Assembly: GCA_043228905.1 (NCBI GenBank)
Contig: JBHGNT010000005.1
Coordinates: 7,130,001-7,194,000 of the forward strand
DNA length: 64,000 bases
Direction: 5' to 3'
DNA from: Azolla caroliniana
Taxonomy: Eukaryota > Plantae > Polypodiophyta
How positions within the stretch are numbered: position 1 is the first letter of the stretch; every line of letters starts with the position of its first letter. Below are positions 41,727 to 55,100 of the stretch, piece after piece. The notes under the pieces are model-generated. The model did not search any database and was not told where the DNA came from. It saw only the letters and a program-made list of their open reading frames with translations. The position numbers and the translations under genes are program-made.

Positions 41727-44700
41727 TTACCATCTCCTCACCAGTGATGACAACAGCTGCAAAAAGAAACGCAAAACTTTAGCCAATACAAACAATCATT
41801 CATATGGATTTCTAACAAGGTCAGAGACAAGGATTCTTTAGTTTAGCTTCCCATTTTATTTTTTTCAGTGCACATTAGTAGTAAACTCTTAATAGACATG
41901 GATATAATTTCAAAAAAACCCGAAATTAATGGTTCATCAAACATATGTCTAAGGTATAGAAATTGCACAAAACCCGGAAAAAAAACAATTAAACCCTAAG
42001 CCCTGAAAACCTATACACTAACACGCATTAACTTTAAAACAAATACATTATTCTAAGAAATTTCAGGAAGTATTTTTATATTTCAGAAAACCTGGAATAG
42101 TTCAAAAATGCTGCCTTTTCTGTTCCCGTTGCCTTTATTATTTTCTTTCTTCTCATACGGGAACACGACTGCAACAGATGCCCTCCATCCAACCAACAGA
42201 ACAAGGGTACTTGCCATCGAAACAATAATAAATGGTTGGGCGGGAACATGACCTGATGTCACCCCACGGATAACTAAAGCCATCTGTAACATGATGGTAC
42301 ACTCTATATCAAAAATCTGAAAGCGTCATCTCTTATACATCCATCAAAAGGCCACTTCCTCACAAAGTTAAATGAAACATGATGATGTGTATATCTTAGT
42401 GGTAATGCTTATGTCTTAAAATTTATAAGCTTCAGGTCATGAGTTCCCTTGAGTCCATCGCAATTGATGGGTCTAAAAGCATTCATGTTTTTAGTTTTAA
42501 GATCATGATATATGCTAAATATTTTATTCTCCTAAAAATGGCATCCCAATTTCATTTTCCATGCCAAAAATACTGGACTTGGTTTTTTCCTGACATATCA
42601 AGCAGTAGAGTTTCCCACTGTTTGCAAATTAATTAATAATATACAGGAAAAAACAACAAAATATCCCTAATTTGTTGGGTATAGGAGAAACACTAGAATA
42701 CTCCTACAGTTTCCAATTTTAATACCAGAATACCCTAATATGGTATAACATTGACTACTGTGTTAACTCTTGTGAAAACTTAAAGAGTATTATGGCAAAC
42801 ATCCAAAAGATTGGGGAATACTGGATTTCCAAAATACTTACAGGGATGCCCACTGCCCACGATTTAAGAGTTGCAATCATAGCCTTTGAAAATCCATTCA
42901 CACCTTGTCCTTCGGGTCCATAACCACCCAAAAGATATGCTCCTAGAAGCCAACCTAGAAAAAGAGTCCCAATGGAAAACAAATTACGAGCAGTTTATTA
43001 TCAAACGCCTATTTAGCCAGAATGTTCTGCGATTCATACATTCACTTATATTAAGGCCATGATATTCCTTCTTTTACCGTGAGTGAGTTATATCACCATA
43101 AATCAATCTATAAAGCCAATTGCTAGTTAGTGAAATGAAAGTCTATTATTATACCTTCAATAGTGAAATGAGGATTCAGAAAATGTGTTTCACCTGCAAT
43201 AAATGGATCGGCTGTTCGAAATGCATCGAAATCAAGGACCGACATACCATGGCTTAACCGACCTATCGCAGCAAATGTTAGCAAAGCTATAATGTCGCCG
43301 CCAACAAGAAATCCTACTCGGCTGCAAAACAAGGAGCTCTTAAGATATGATTGCCACTACTTTTGACTTGAGATCACCATGAGTGCTTTGTGAATAATCT
43401 TTGAGGAAATTTTCACATCTAGGGAACGTTCTTTCTCATAAATTAGGCGCCCAAGATGCCTTTGAATGCTTTTTGAGAAAAGAACAAATATGGGTTTAAA
43501 GTGCATTTTGTCGATATTGGAGAGAAAATGAATCACAATTGCCTGTTTTAAACATAGTGCACAGAATGTTTGATAAGAATCATAAATTATGCGGCTAAAA
43601 CAATTGAAATCATTTGTGGGGGAAAACAAATCACAATTGTGGCTTCAAGATGAATTTTGCAATCACTTTCCAAGAAAAACATATCACAATTACAGCTTTT
43701 TTAATTGCATTGCAAGGAGTATTGAGACAAAATCACAAGTAGGGGTTTAAGATGTGCATTGCATGGGACTATATCAGTCAAAGATTCTCTAATTGCATCT
43801 AATATTTGTGATCTGCCTTGTATGGTTTCCCAGGTTGAGCAATGTGTTTCGTATGATTGTAATTTTTTAGTACGTACAAGTTTAGAATCATTAATCTTAA
43901 AGCTTTGACATAGTTATCAGTTTTATGAGTATCATGATGTGTGGACTATGTACTGCATGTATGCCCTTATGTACTACAAACTATTATGTAGGTTTGTTCC
44001 TATGCATATAATATATCCTCGATAAATGTTTGAGTTCCTTTTCAGTTTCCTTGTGTTGGAGCAGTGTTTCCCCCATTGCTATTTCTTAGTATTTCCATTG
44101 CTGCGACAACTATGGTATGTCTGTGTGCATAAATTATACATGTATCATATTATATATCCACATCCATAATATACAAATATGCAGATGGATATGCATATGC
44201 GTATACACTCATACAGGTAGCATGTCTTGATATACGGTAACATGTCATATGTTATATGTATACACACACACACACACTGCAATGCACCAATACACCTGGA
44301 TCAAACATTAAAACATCAAAAGAACAAACGTAATTTAGTGGAGATACATGTACACACAATGTCTAAATGTATGCATATGCATATATAGAGACAATACATA
44401 ATCACACGTACACACTCACTGGATTGTATCTATACACACATATACACATACACACGTGCATACATAGAACAGGTATGAATATATGCACACACATATAAAC
44501 GATACATATAATACATAAATATACCCATACATTCATATAATATATATGCACAAAGTATGGCATGATAACTTCAAAATAATCAAAATAGAGAAATTTACCC
44601 CCAAGAAGAATCATTGGATGAAGAATTTGTTGATCTATCCACCTTGGCAACCCCTTCAACTGAGACATTCTCGTCTTCGACAAAGACTGTTTGAAGAGAA

Positions 44701-44948
44701 GACGAAGACTCCGATGATGCGGGAGTTGTTCTGATCTTAGTGGTGGCGGTGGTAGAAGAAGAAGAAGAAGTATTAGACTTGTTGACGTCTGATCCGGCTC
44801 TGACACTTAGTGGGCGACTGTTGTGAAGAGAAACAGAGGTAGTCATGCTCTTCAAGTTCATGGAGGACGATATCCTGAGGTTCTTTGAGGAAAGGGAGCA
44901 TTGCAGAGGGAGTCTTGGCAGGGAGAGGAAGGCATGAGTTGCCACCAT
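41727..44948 (-). CDS. DUF3054-family membrane protein (At1g44920-like), probably plastid-targeted
   Basis: Exons 44948-44599, 43321-43194, 42954-42842, 42283-42092, 41756-41727. Motifs WGRVGFLVGGDIIALLTFAAIGRLSHG, RTADPFIAGW, KSWAVGIP, LLVGWR and terminal GSIFELFQLLSSLVRRW*. Confidence 0.9.
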
Positions 44949-45996
44949 AGCTGTCCACTGATCGATCGATAACAGGCTCGGTCGGTCGGTATTGCCTTTT
45001 TTTTCCTTCAATAATCTCTGTCTCCTCTGTTTTCTCTTTCTTTCTCGCGTGTGTGTGTGTGTGTGTGTGTGTGTGAAATGAAGAAGAAAAAGAAGAAGTA
45101 AACCAATCCTGCAGAAATATATACGTATATGTATGTAGCCTACAATCTCACTGAAACTAATTTACAAAATTGGCCCACCGTTTCCAAGCCCCCCAAAGAA
45201 AGAAATTAGCCCCCTCCCTCCACTTTATGACTTTTTATATGGACCCGACCGACAGTGCCCTTTTCCCGAGCTTTCCTGCTCGCTCTGCTTCCGGTAACAG
45301 AACAGCCCGCCGGTTTCGGCCGAATCTTTCACATGCTATTTCATCCCCGGGTCTCCTCTCCTTCCACAAATAGCCCGATGGTCCCATTGAAACTTCACAA
45401 ACTCGACAAACACCCGTTTTGTCGCACTTCACGTGCGGCTCGTTACGAAAATAGCCCAGTGGGTTTCGTCACGATCACAACCTTGTTTGTTTCTTTATTT
45501 CTTGAGCTTCTTGGGTTTCGTTCTCAAAACATGTCAGCAATTTCGTTGGGATTACAAAGTTCGCCTCAACTATTGCATAGGTGTTGTAAATTGATATTGT
45601 TTCATATGCTTTCTTTAGTTCTGTTTTGAATAATGGCCCAATAGGTTTCATTGAATTTAACACTACATATTTCCCGAGCTTCTTGTCGCAGCTTATTGAT
45701 TTGACAAAGTTGACATTGTTTCTTTGCCTTCAAAGAAAGGGGCTCACCATTGATAACCTTTATAGCAAGCATGTTTTGGTATGGTCCATTTTATCAGTCA
45801 TGATTGCCAAATACTTATCATATTTAAAGTCCATTTTTTATGATGTGCCATAGACATATCATGATTCAAATTTTGATTCACTAGATGGGTGGAGAGAGAT
45901 GGGAAATATTGAATGAGCTAACCACATAGCAAGACAATAGTAGCAAAAAGGTGGTATGCCTTTAGATAACGACGAGAGAGAGAGAGAGAGAGGCCC

Positions 45997-46275
45997 AAAT
46001 GGATGTAGCTCAGTTGGTAAGGTTGCCTGATGGAGACCAGGAGCTCATGGGTTCAACCCCTACATTCCATGAGAGACAAATGCCTAGATGGATGTAGCTC
46101 AATTGGTAAGGTTGCTCGATGGGAATCCGAAGGTCATCGGTCCACTACATTTCATGATGGCATCTAGTAGTAAATTAAGAGACGTCAATGGAGTAAAAGA
46201 TAGGTGAGAACATCGGGTTTCGAATCCAAGACATAGGATTAGTAGGGTAATCACTTACTACTAGGGTAAACTAAT
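45997..46275 (+). mobile_element. tRNA-derived SINE-like element with a duplicated head
   Basis: A-box TAGCTCAGTTGG and B-box GGTTCAACCC at 46006-46060. Second head at about 46089. Body shared with the copies at 47710 and 47930. Confidence 0.7.
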
Positions 46276-46581
46276 AAAAGATAAAAAAGGGAGAGACTAT
46301 TAATCTTTTGTATAATTGTTTTTAACGTTGAAGAAAAATGGAGAATACATCATTCTAATAATGGATGGTGATAGATCTTAAAATGTAATTAGCCTTATAA
46401 ATTGCCACTTGTAGCGAAGGTTTTCATTTAAAGAGTTTTGATCGGTTGTTTGTCTTTGAGATTAGCTCTAAAGTGGTGTGAACTAGCAATGGGCAATTAC
46501 TTCTTTTGTATTGTTCAAATGGAAGATAATACTCATCATTTCATACAATGTCCAATTGCTTGTCATATTTGGAGTTACATT

Positions 46582-46991
46582 TAACAATTGGCAACGGTTC
46601 GGTTTGAACCGAATCGAACCACAAAACCGTGGCTTGATGGTTCGGTTCGGTTCAAGTTCAGGTTTTTTAAACGGTTCGGTTTGGTTTCAACTGTTAGAAA
46701 CCCCAGTTTAAATGGTTTAACAGTTTTTAATATATATATATTTACACAATCTTTTCATTTTTGGACCTTATTCTCACATTTTAGGAACATCTTTAAATTT
46801 TTAAAATAATGAAATATTTTAAATTTAAAAATTTAAAAAAATAAAATTTGACCTAAGTTGAAAAAACCGAAACCGAACCACGAAACCATGGTTTTAACAA
46901 TTTAAACTTTTTTTAATGGTTCGGTTCATGTTTCAAACTTTCTAAACGGTTTGATTTTGACCCTCTCAAACCGAGCCGTTGTCGATTGTTA
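46582..46991. mobile_element. hAT-type MITE related to 27935-28237
   Basis: Imperfect TIR TAACAATTGGCAACGG / CCGTTGTCGATTGTTA. 8-bp TSD GTTACATT (46574-46581 and 46992-46999). Confidence 0.85.
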
Positions 46992-47707
46992 GTTACATTT
47001 CTTAAATTTGGCAAGTTTTATCACGGTGTTATTTGACGCCTAGACAATGGGTGTTTGCACAATTCACACAGGTTGACCCAAATTTAGAGATGGAGACATT
47101 TTCTTATTTTTGAGGTGGATTGCGTCATACTTGGGATATACGCATTGCTTTTGTATTTGATGGTAGGCATGTAGTCAAAGCATATAAAGGAAAGTTGAAA
47201 GGAGTATTAATGTGGCAAATCTCTTTATTTGAGCAAATGGAAATTCTTTCCTCAATGGAGTGTTCGTGTTGCCTATTGACAATTCAACGTATTCCATTAC
47301 CCGTGTAGTTAGTGAGTTATCATACTCCATTGTGACATCCATTCTAAATAGTGTTTTTCACATGCATTTATTAATATAATTGTGTGTTTTCACCAGAGAG
47401 AGAGAGAATATGTTGTAAAGTTAAAAAGACTTTTTTTGTGGCACTTAACATTGCTAGACAAGTCATGAAATCTCAACCATGAAGAGAGAGAGAGCTCTGC
47501 AAGGTCACATATCATCATATTCACCATTTGAATTGGTGTGTAGGGTGGCATTGAGGTCGGAGTCACAATAGAGTAGTATTTAGATCTTTAGATAGAAAGC
47601 TTCAATACTTTGTAGTTAGTCATGGTGGTGTTTTTTTTTACTTTCATAATGAAAACCATTATTTACGAGGAGAGAGAGTGAGTGAGTAAGTGAGAGACAC
47701 GCGTAGA

Positions 47708-48119
47708 AAGATGTATGTAGCTCAGTTAGTAAGGTCACCCAATGGAGATTAGGACGTCATGTGTTCAAACCCTTACTTTCGACGGTGACATTTAGTAAAA
47801 TAAGAGGTTATGCATGAAGTAATAGAGAGGTGAGAAAATATAGTCTCAAACCCAACACCTAGGTTTAGGTGTTTAACAACTTACCACTAGGATAAGGTAA
47901 CTACGAGAGAGAGGGAGAGAAGAGCCCAAATGGATGTAGCTCAGTTGGTAAGGTTGTCCAACAAAAATCAAGAGGTCATGGGTTCAACCCCAACATTCCA
48001 ACAATGGCATTTAGTAAATTAAGAGATTTGTATTAGATGAAGTATCTAATAGAGAGGTAAGAAAATTACAAAAGACATAATGCTGGTAGTGTAAAAAGTT
48101 ACCATTAGGGCAAGCTAAT
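47708..48119 (+). mobile_element. Two head-to-tail tRNA-derived SINE-like copies
   Basis: Heads ATGTAGCTCAGTT(A/G)GTAAGGT...GTTCAA at about 47715 and 47933, with a shared body and a (GA)n linker. Confidence 0.7.
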
Positions 48120-48510
48120 GACGACGAGAAAGAGAGACCAAAAGGTCATGGGTTAAACACCAACATTCAACATTATATCATGCTCGTTCGTTCGTGACAA
48201 GAGAGAGAGAGACCAAAAGGTCATGGGTTCAACCCCTACTGACGACGAGAAAGAGAGACCAAAAGGTCATGGGTTAAACACCAACATTCAACATTATATC
48301 ATGCTCGTTCGTTCGTGACAAGAGAGAGAGAGACCAAAAGGTCATGGGTTCAACCCCTACTGACGACGAGAAAGAGAGACCAAAAGGTCATGGGTTCAAC
48401 ACCAACATTCAACATTATATCATGCTCGTTCGTTCGTGACAAGAGAGAGAGAGAGACCAAAAGGTCACGGGTTCAACCCCTACATTCAACATTATATCAT
48501 GCTCGTTCGA
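48120..48510 (+). repeat. 121-bp tandem repeat (~3.2 copies) derived from the SINE B-box segment
   Basis: Units start at 48120, 48241 and 48362. Each contains two GAGACCAAAAGGTCATGGGTT(C/A)AA segments. Confidence 0.85.
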
Positions 48511-49129
48511 CGAACGAGTCATCATGTTTCTCGTGAGTCACCTTAAGAAACGATCAATCAATAAGCGGTGACAGAAGAGGAGTGGGGTGTGTGTAACGTG
48601 TCCATCTATCTATTCCATTTGTCCGTCCATGAGAGATGGTGGGGGGGGGGGGGCGTGGAGTTGTGGCCAAAAAGGTGGGGTGGGTGTCCATTATTTGGTG
48701 GTGGGTTAGGTTAGGTAGGAGATGGGATGAGAGAGAGAGAGAGAGCCAAATGAAATGGAATGGCATGAGAAGAAGAAGAAGAAGAAGGAAGCAGACAGAC
48801 ATACATACATAGATTTGGATTTCTGCTGTTGTGTTTACTACCATACATATGTACATACATACATACATACATACTGAAAACTAAAAGTGGAGGTGGATTG
48901 ATTACTACCATACATACTATACCATCCATCCATCCATCCATCCATCCATACATACATACATACATTACATACATACATACATACTGATACTGAATCCTGA
49001 TACACTAAACCGTAGGAAGGAGGGTTTTGGGAGGGTTTTAGGCGCGTTTCGCTGCTCCTTTCTTCTTCCTGCTGTGTCTCCTGCATCCAATCCAATCCAT
49101 TCAATCCATCGGAGAAGCAGCTTGTAGCC

Positions 49130-52100
49130 ATGGCTGACCCTCGCTTCGATCCCATCTCGCATGCTCGTAGCCATGGTGACCTTTCTTCTTCCTCCCTCCC
49201 TTCCTTCCTTCTTGCTTCAGATGCCCTTCTGCCATGCTCGCTGCCATACTGAATTCTTCTTCTTCTTCTTCTTCTTCTTCTTAGATGTGATCTCGCATTT
49301 TTACAGTCATTGTGGATTCACTCCCGTCTTCCGTTCTTCCTTCCTCCTTCTTTCTCCTTCCCTCTGCATTCGGCATTCTTTCTTCTTTTAGCCATTCTTC
49401 CTTCTTCGTTCCTCTCTTGTTTAATTTCTTGTGTTTGTTTCTAACCCTACCTCTGAATTCCTCAACCAACGTGGTCTCTCTATCCTTACAGAATGGAGAG
49501 AATTCGTGTGTGGTGGGATCGCTGCGGCTCTGGGAGAAAGCTTGATGCATCCTGTTGACACCGTGAAGACGCGAATGCAGAGTGGAGGATCTTTCCTTTC
49601 CTCAGTTCAGGTATTTTTCATTCTTCTCTAAGCAGAGTTTTCTTTAAGAAAATGTGATACTTCAGCTACTTCGATAGCCAGTTTGTGAGTACTTTTTTAT
49701 TATCAGCGATATTCTTTCTTTGAGAAATGCGAGCGTTGAATCAGATCTGTTCTTTGAGGAATACGTGCTTTTTTGCTAATTATACTGGTGCATTTATGAG
49801 TTACTCTTGAAAAATGACATTCTTTGGGAAAGTTATGCCTTTTGGGTCTCGTATTACAATTATGGGTAGTTTCTGATCATCATTCTTTTGAAAAATGCGT
49901 GCCTCTTGCTCCTACTCTCAGAGTGAGAACACTGAGAAGCGTACACATTTTTCTTCTATTCTCAGGTTTGTAAGGAGTTCTTGATCATCATTTTTGAGAA
50001 AAGCTTGGAGTTTGCATTCTACTGTCAGAGTTTTTTTTTTTGAAATGCATTGCTTTTACAAAGTATCACGTCTAAAAGTTAATATTTTCTGAGAGATGTA
50101 TGCTGTTTGACTTTTGCTTCCGATGTGACGTTTATGAATTCCCTATTAGTTTCATTGAGAAATGTGTGCGTAGCTGATGAGTTCATGATTAGTTTTATTT
50201 TGAGAAATATATTCCTTCTCTTCTACTTTCACATTGAATGAGTTATTGTACTTCTAACTATTTATCTCTTAACTGTTCTTCCTGAGTGCTTCACCATATG
50301 CACTTCCCATATGTGATGAATCAAGTGTTCTAGTCTGATAAGAACTTTTGGTTGCAGGAAAGTACAAAATTCGGTGAGTTCATGATTAGTTTTATTTTGA
50401 GAAATATATTCCTTCTCTTCTACTTTCACATTGAATGAGTTATTGTACTTCTAACTATTTATCTCTTAACTGTTCTTCCTGAGTGCTTCACCATATGCAC
50501 TTCCCATATGTGATGAATCAAGTGTTCTAGTCTGATAAGAACTTTTGGTTGCAGGAAAGTACAAAATTCGGTGAGTTCATGATTAGTTTTATTTTGAGAA
50601 ATATATTCCTTCTCTTCTACTTTCACATTGAATGAGTTATTGTACTTCTAACTATTTATCTCTTAACTGTTCTTCCTGAGTGCTTCACCATATGCACTTC
50701 CCATATGTGATGAATCAAGTGTTCTAGTCTGATAAGAACTTTTGGTTGCAGGAAAGTACAAAATTCGGTGAGTTCATGATTAGTTTTATTTTGAGAAATA
50801 TATTCCTTCTCTTCTACTTTCACATTGAATGAGTTATTGTACTTCTAACTATTTATCTCTTAACTGTTCTTCCTGAGTGCTTCACCATATGCACTTCCCA
50901 TATGTGATGAATCAAGTGTTCTAGTCTGATAAGAACTTTTGGTTGCAGGAAAGTACAAAATTCGGTGAGTTCATGATTAGTTTTATTTTGAGAAATATAT
51001 TCCTTCTCTTCTACTTTCACATTGAATGAGTTATTGTACTTCTAACTATTTATCTCTTAACTGTTCTTCCTGAGTGCTTCACCATATGCACTTCCCATAT
51101 GTGATGAATCAAGTGTTCTAGTCTGATAAGAACTTTTGGTTGCAGGAAAGTACAAAATTCGGTGAGTTCATGATTAGTTTTATTTTGAGAAATATATTCC
51201 TTCTCTTCTACTTTCACATTGAATGAGTTATTGTACTTCTAACTATTTATCTCTTAACTGTTCTTCCTGAGTGCTTCACCATATGCACTTCCCATATGTG
51301 ATGAATCAAGTGTTCTAGTCTGATAAGAACTTTTGGTTGCAGGAAAGTACAAAATTCGGTGAGTTCATGATTAGTTTTATTTTGAGAAATATATTCCTTC
51401 TCTTCTACTTTCACATTGAATGAGTTATTGTACTTCTAACTATTTATCTCTTAACTGTTCTTCCTGAGTGCTTCACCATATGCACTTCCCATATGTGATG
51501 AATCAAGTGTTCTAGTCTGATAAGAACTTTTGGTTGCAGGAAAGTACAAAATTCGGTGAGTTCATGATTAGTTTTATTTTGAGAAATATATTCCTTCTCT
51601 TCTACTTTCACATTGAATGAGTTATTGTACTTCTAACTATTTATCTCTTAACTGTTCTTCCTGAGTGCTTCACCATATGCACTTCCCATATGTGATGAAT
51701 CAAGTGTTCTAGTCTGATAAGAACTTTTGGTTGCAGGAAAGTACAAAATTCGGTGAGTTCATGATTAGTTTTATTTTGAGAAATATATTCCTTCTCTTCT
51801 ACTTTCACATTGAATGAGTTATTGTACTTCTAACTATTTATCTCTTAACTGTTCTTCCTGAGTGCTTCACCATATGCACTTCCCATATGTGATGAATCAA
51901 ATGTTCTAGTCTGATAGGAACTTTTGGTTGCAGGAAAGTACAAAATTCGGTGAGGTCCTCAAAGTCATTCTGAAGACCGATGGCATAAGAGGTAATCCAT
52001 TGACTTAGTTGCAGAAAGTTATATACGGGTTGAAACCATTATGTGGAATCCATACAGCAAGATTCTTCTTGCTCACAGGAAAAAATGCTTTATTATTGGT

Positions 52101-55100
52101 TATATCTCACAGTGGATCACAGCAGAAAGGCTCATTTTCATCCTTTTTGTGGATAAATTTTATTGGTTTTCTTTATGCTCTAGCCTCCGAAAGCCCCCAA
52201 ACCTCTTATTTTGTTCCTCCTTTTCCCATTGGAGTGTCCTAAGTAAATATTTGTGATGCATATGACGTGAATTCTTGTTTTGTACCTCCAGCCTCGAGTG
52301 TTGTATAACCTTTTGATCTCGTTGTTGAAATTTACTTGTTTTTGTGTGTTTTTATTGCAGGCTTGTATCGAGGCATTGCAGCAGGAATGACCGGATCCTT
52401 TGCAACTGGGGCAACATATTTTGGTTTAATTGAGATCACAAGAAAGTGGATAAGTGAGAACCATCCAACTCTTGATGGGCCAGTGTCACATTTTTGTGCT
52501 GGCGCTTTTGGTATGCACTTTAACCCTTATGAATTTTGTGTCCATGGTTAACATAAGATGGGTATCACAATTTTGATACTGATGTATAGATAGATATATA
52601 GTTTTCCTGTAGAAGACCAATATGATCTATGGGAGACAGGGCTGAGTCCATAATAGTGAAAAGAATCAGAAATTTGGCTGGACAATGGACATACACTCAA
52701 TTTGGTTTATGGAAACATGCTATCCCCTCTCCAGTTTCAGTTTTGGTGGTTGGAGAATATCTCTTGACAAGGAGATGTAGGCCTTTAAATTATTAGACAT
52801 TTTCGAGCATCTCAACTTTAGGAAAATTTCGAGCCTCAACAACTCATTGATTTTCTGATATATATTCCTGTTATACTTGCAGATGGACTCCTGGAAAAAC
52901 ATTTGAATTTTAGTTTTTGGTGGTTTCCCTTATGCTGTTACTCTTCTGTTTAATATCTGATACGTGGCCTATAGGGTCACTAGATACATCTATCTTGAGA
53001 CGTTTTCCCTTTCATCTCTTTCTGCTGTTATCTATCTTTCTGGAAGGATGTCGATTTAAGTAGCTCTTCGTTTTGTTTTTTTATAAATTTACTGGTAAAG
53101 GTCACATATTTTTATGTCTTAGTTCACTATCATAATGGAGCTGCATTTTCTTGGTCTTTTTCACAATGTAACTATCTATATAGCATCTAGCTGAAAGGTG
53201 TAGCATGAAATGGGTGAAACTGTAAACATATGCAGTGAATGTGCTGCTGAAATGCTAGAGTACATATATTGCTTTCTACAGAGTTTTTGCTCTTTCAGCA
53301 TGTTGGTATCTTTGTTATTTTCAGAACTTTTTTTAAAAATTGGGGTGAAGAACTTCAATTTGCAAAATATATAGATACCTAGGAATATTCATTGATCTGA
53401 ACTTCTCTGTGGAAACGATCGTTAAATGAGGTAATTGGATTTTTAGGCATCCTTGCAATAGCTCCTTTTTAACTCTAGAACCATTTCTTTTTTGTTTAGA
53501 ATGACTTTGGTTTAAGTTCTCTTCTCAATTATGACAACGGTGTTGCATGCTTGTCAACAGGGGCATGGCCTATCATGAGAGGAGAGACTGAACTAGGGTA
53601 ATAATGGTAGGAAAGGTATAGAGATAACATGATATGGGAACGTTGAGGTTTAAAATATGAAACAAATCATAGCACAATGGAAGTAAACATGAGTTATAGA
53701 AAGAAAGAAAGAAAGAAATATTAACGTCTTTTAAGAGGCCAAAATGGCCTATAAGACCAAATAAGAGATTACATCTTGAGTGTTTTCTGGTCTTTGAGAA
53801 CAAATCAAAATAAAATAAGTATTACACAGTAAATATAAAAGTAAATACGATGAAAAGAGAAGAAACGAGGGAATCTGGTTTTTGGCACATGTGAGATTCT
53901 CAAGTTAGGTATATTGTGGCTTTTGTCTTCGAAAGATCTCTAGCATAGGTCGATCCAGAATGGAAATGTCTCCGAAGCGAGGGAAGCACCTACAATGGTG
54001 GGAGATAATGGCTTTTATCTGTCGATGACAAGGGTGTCGAGGTTGTGGTCCATGGGGCCGGGGCCTATGTGCTCAGCAAATTGCTATTGCCCGATCAATT
54101 GTAACCCCTTTGTTATGTCCTGGTTTGGGGCCCATTTGTGTATCCCGTGATGGACTTGTAGCATTAGTAGGAGTGATGGGGCTAAAGAAAGTTGTGATTG
54201 TTCTTTGTGGATGAGCTTGTGTGGTTGTATTCTTCAACAACTTTTCCCGATGTCTCTTGAGTTCTAGCAAGAAAAGTCCTAGGCATCGTTGGTCCTCATA
54301 TTCCATTACCTTGCATAGTGGGCCAAAGCCTTGTTTAAAGAGGTAATGGTATCTCCCTCTCATTTCATAAAAGACACTACAATGACAAACATAATGTTCC
54401 TCAGATTCCACTCCTTGATGACACAATTGGCAAATTCTCTCTTCTAGAGGTAGTCGTGTATATCTGCCTACCTCAATCTGTAGCTGATGTGATGAAGTTC
54501 GCAGCTGGCCTATCACACTACTACGCAGCGCATAGGATAGATGTATGTCCATATAAGGTGGCTTGATAACGAATCCATCCTCCGATGTATGTAAGAAGTG
54601 TTGGAGGGTGGCAGCTCCAGACCTGCACTCTCTTTCATATTTATTATCTCTGTACTACATTCTCTCTTTTCTCAGATTCTTCTCTCTCTAGAATCTGCAA
54701 CTCTTTAAATGCCTTCTCTCTCTAGAATCTGCAATGCTTTAAATGCCTTTTCTCTCTTCTACCTTTTCCAAGATATTCCCTTTTATTCCTAGTTTTTTGT
54801 ACCTGTTTGGTAGTACAAGAGTCACTTAACTACCAAACAGCCATTTCACCCACATTCCCCAATTTTGTATAAATAGGCTATACCAGCCTCTTTTGTATAG
54901 TTTTCATTTTCTTTGTTGCTACTTAAAAACAAGCTCTATTCCTTGGCTGTGTCTTTGCTCTTTGCAACCATTTTTTCTACTGCTGTCTAACAGCCTTCTC
55001 ACAGCTTGGCTGTGTCTATTTAGTTTTAAGTCTTCCGCTGCTGCTATTAACAGCTTTTCTCACAAGAAGCGTGTCTTATAATGGGCCATCTTTGTACCAA

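Noticed and set aside
46001-46070. Functional tRNA gene
   Set aside because: A and B boxes are present, but there is no canonical cloverleaf or anticodon arm. Diverged copies share a downstream body, which fits a SINE better.
48554-49174. Cluster of short minus-strand ORFs
   Set aside because: Generated by (CATA)n and (CATC)n microsatellites in the carrier gene's promoter/5' UTR.
50178-51954. CRISPR-like array
   Set aside because: Units are full-length identical with no unique spacers, no cas genes are present, and the context is a eukaryotic intron.
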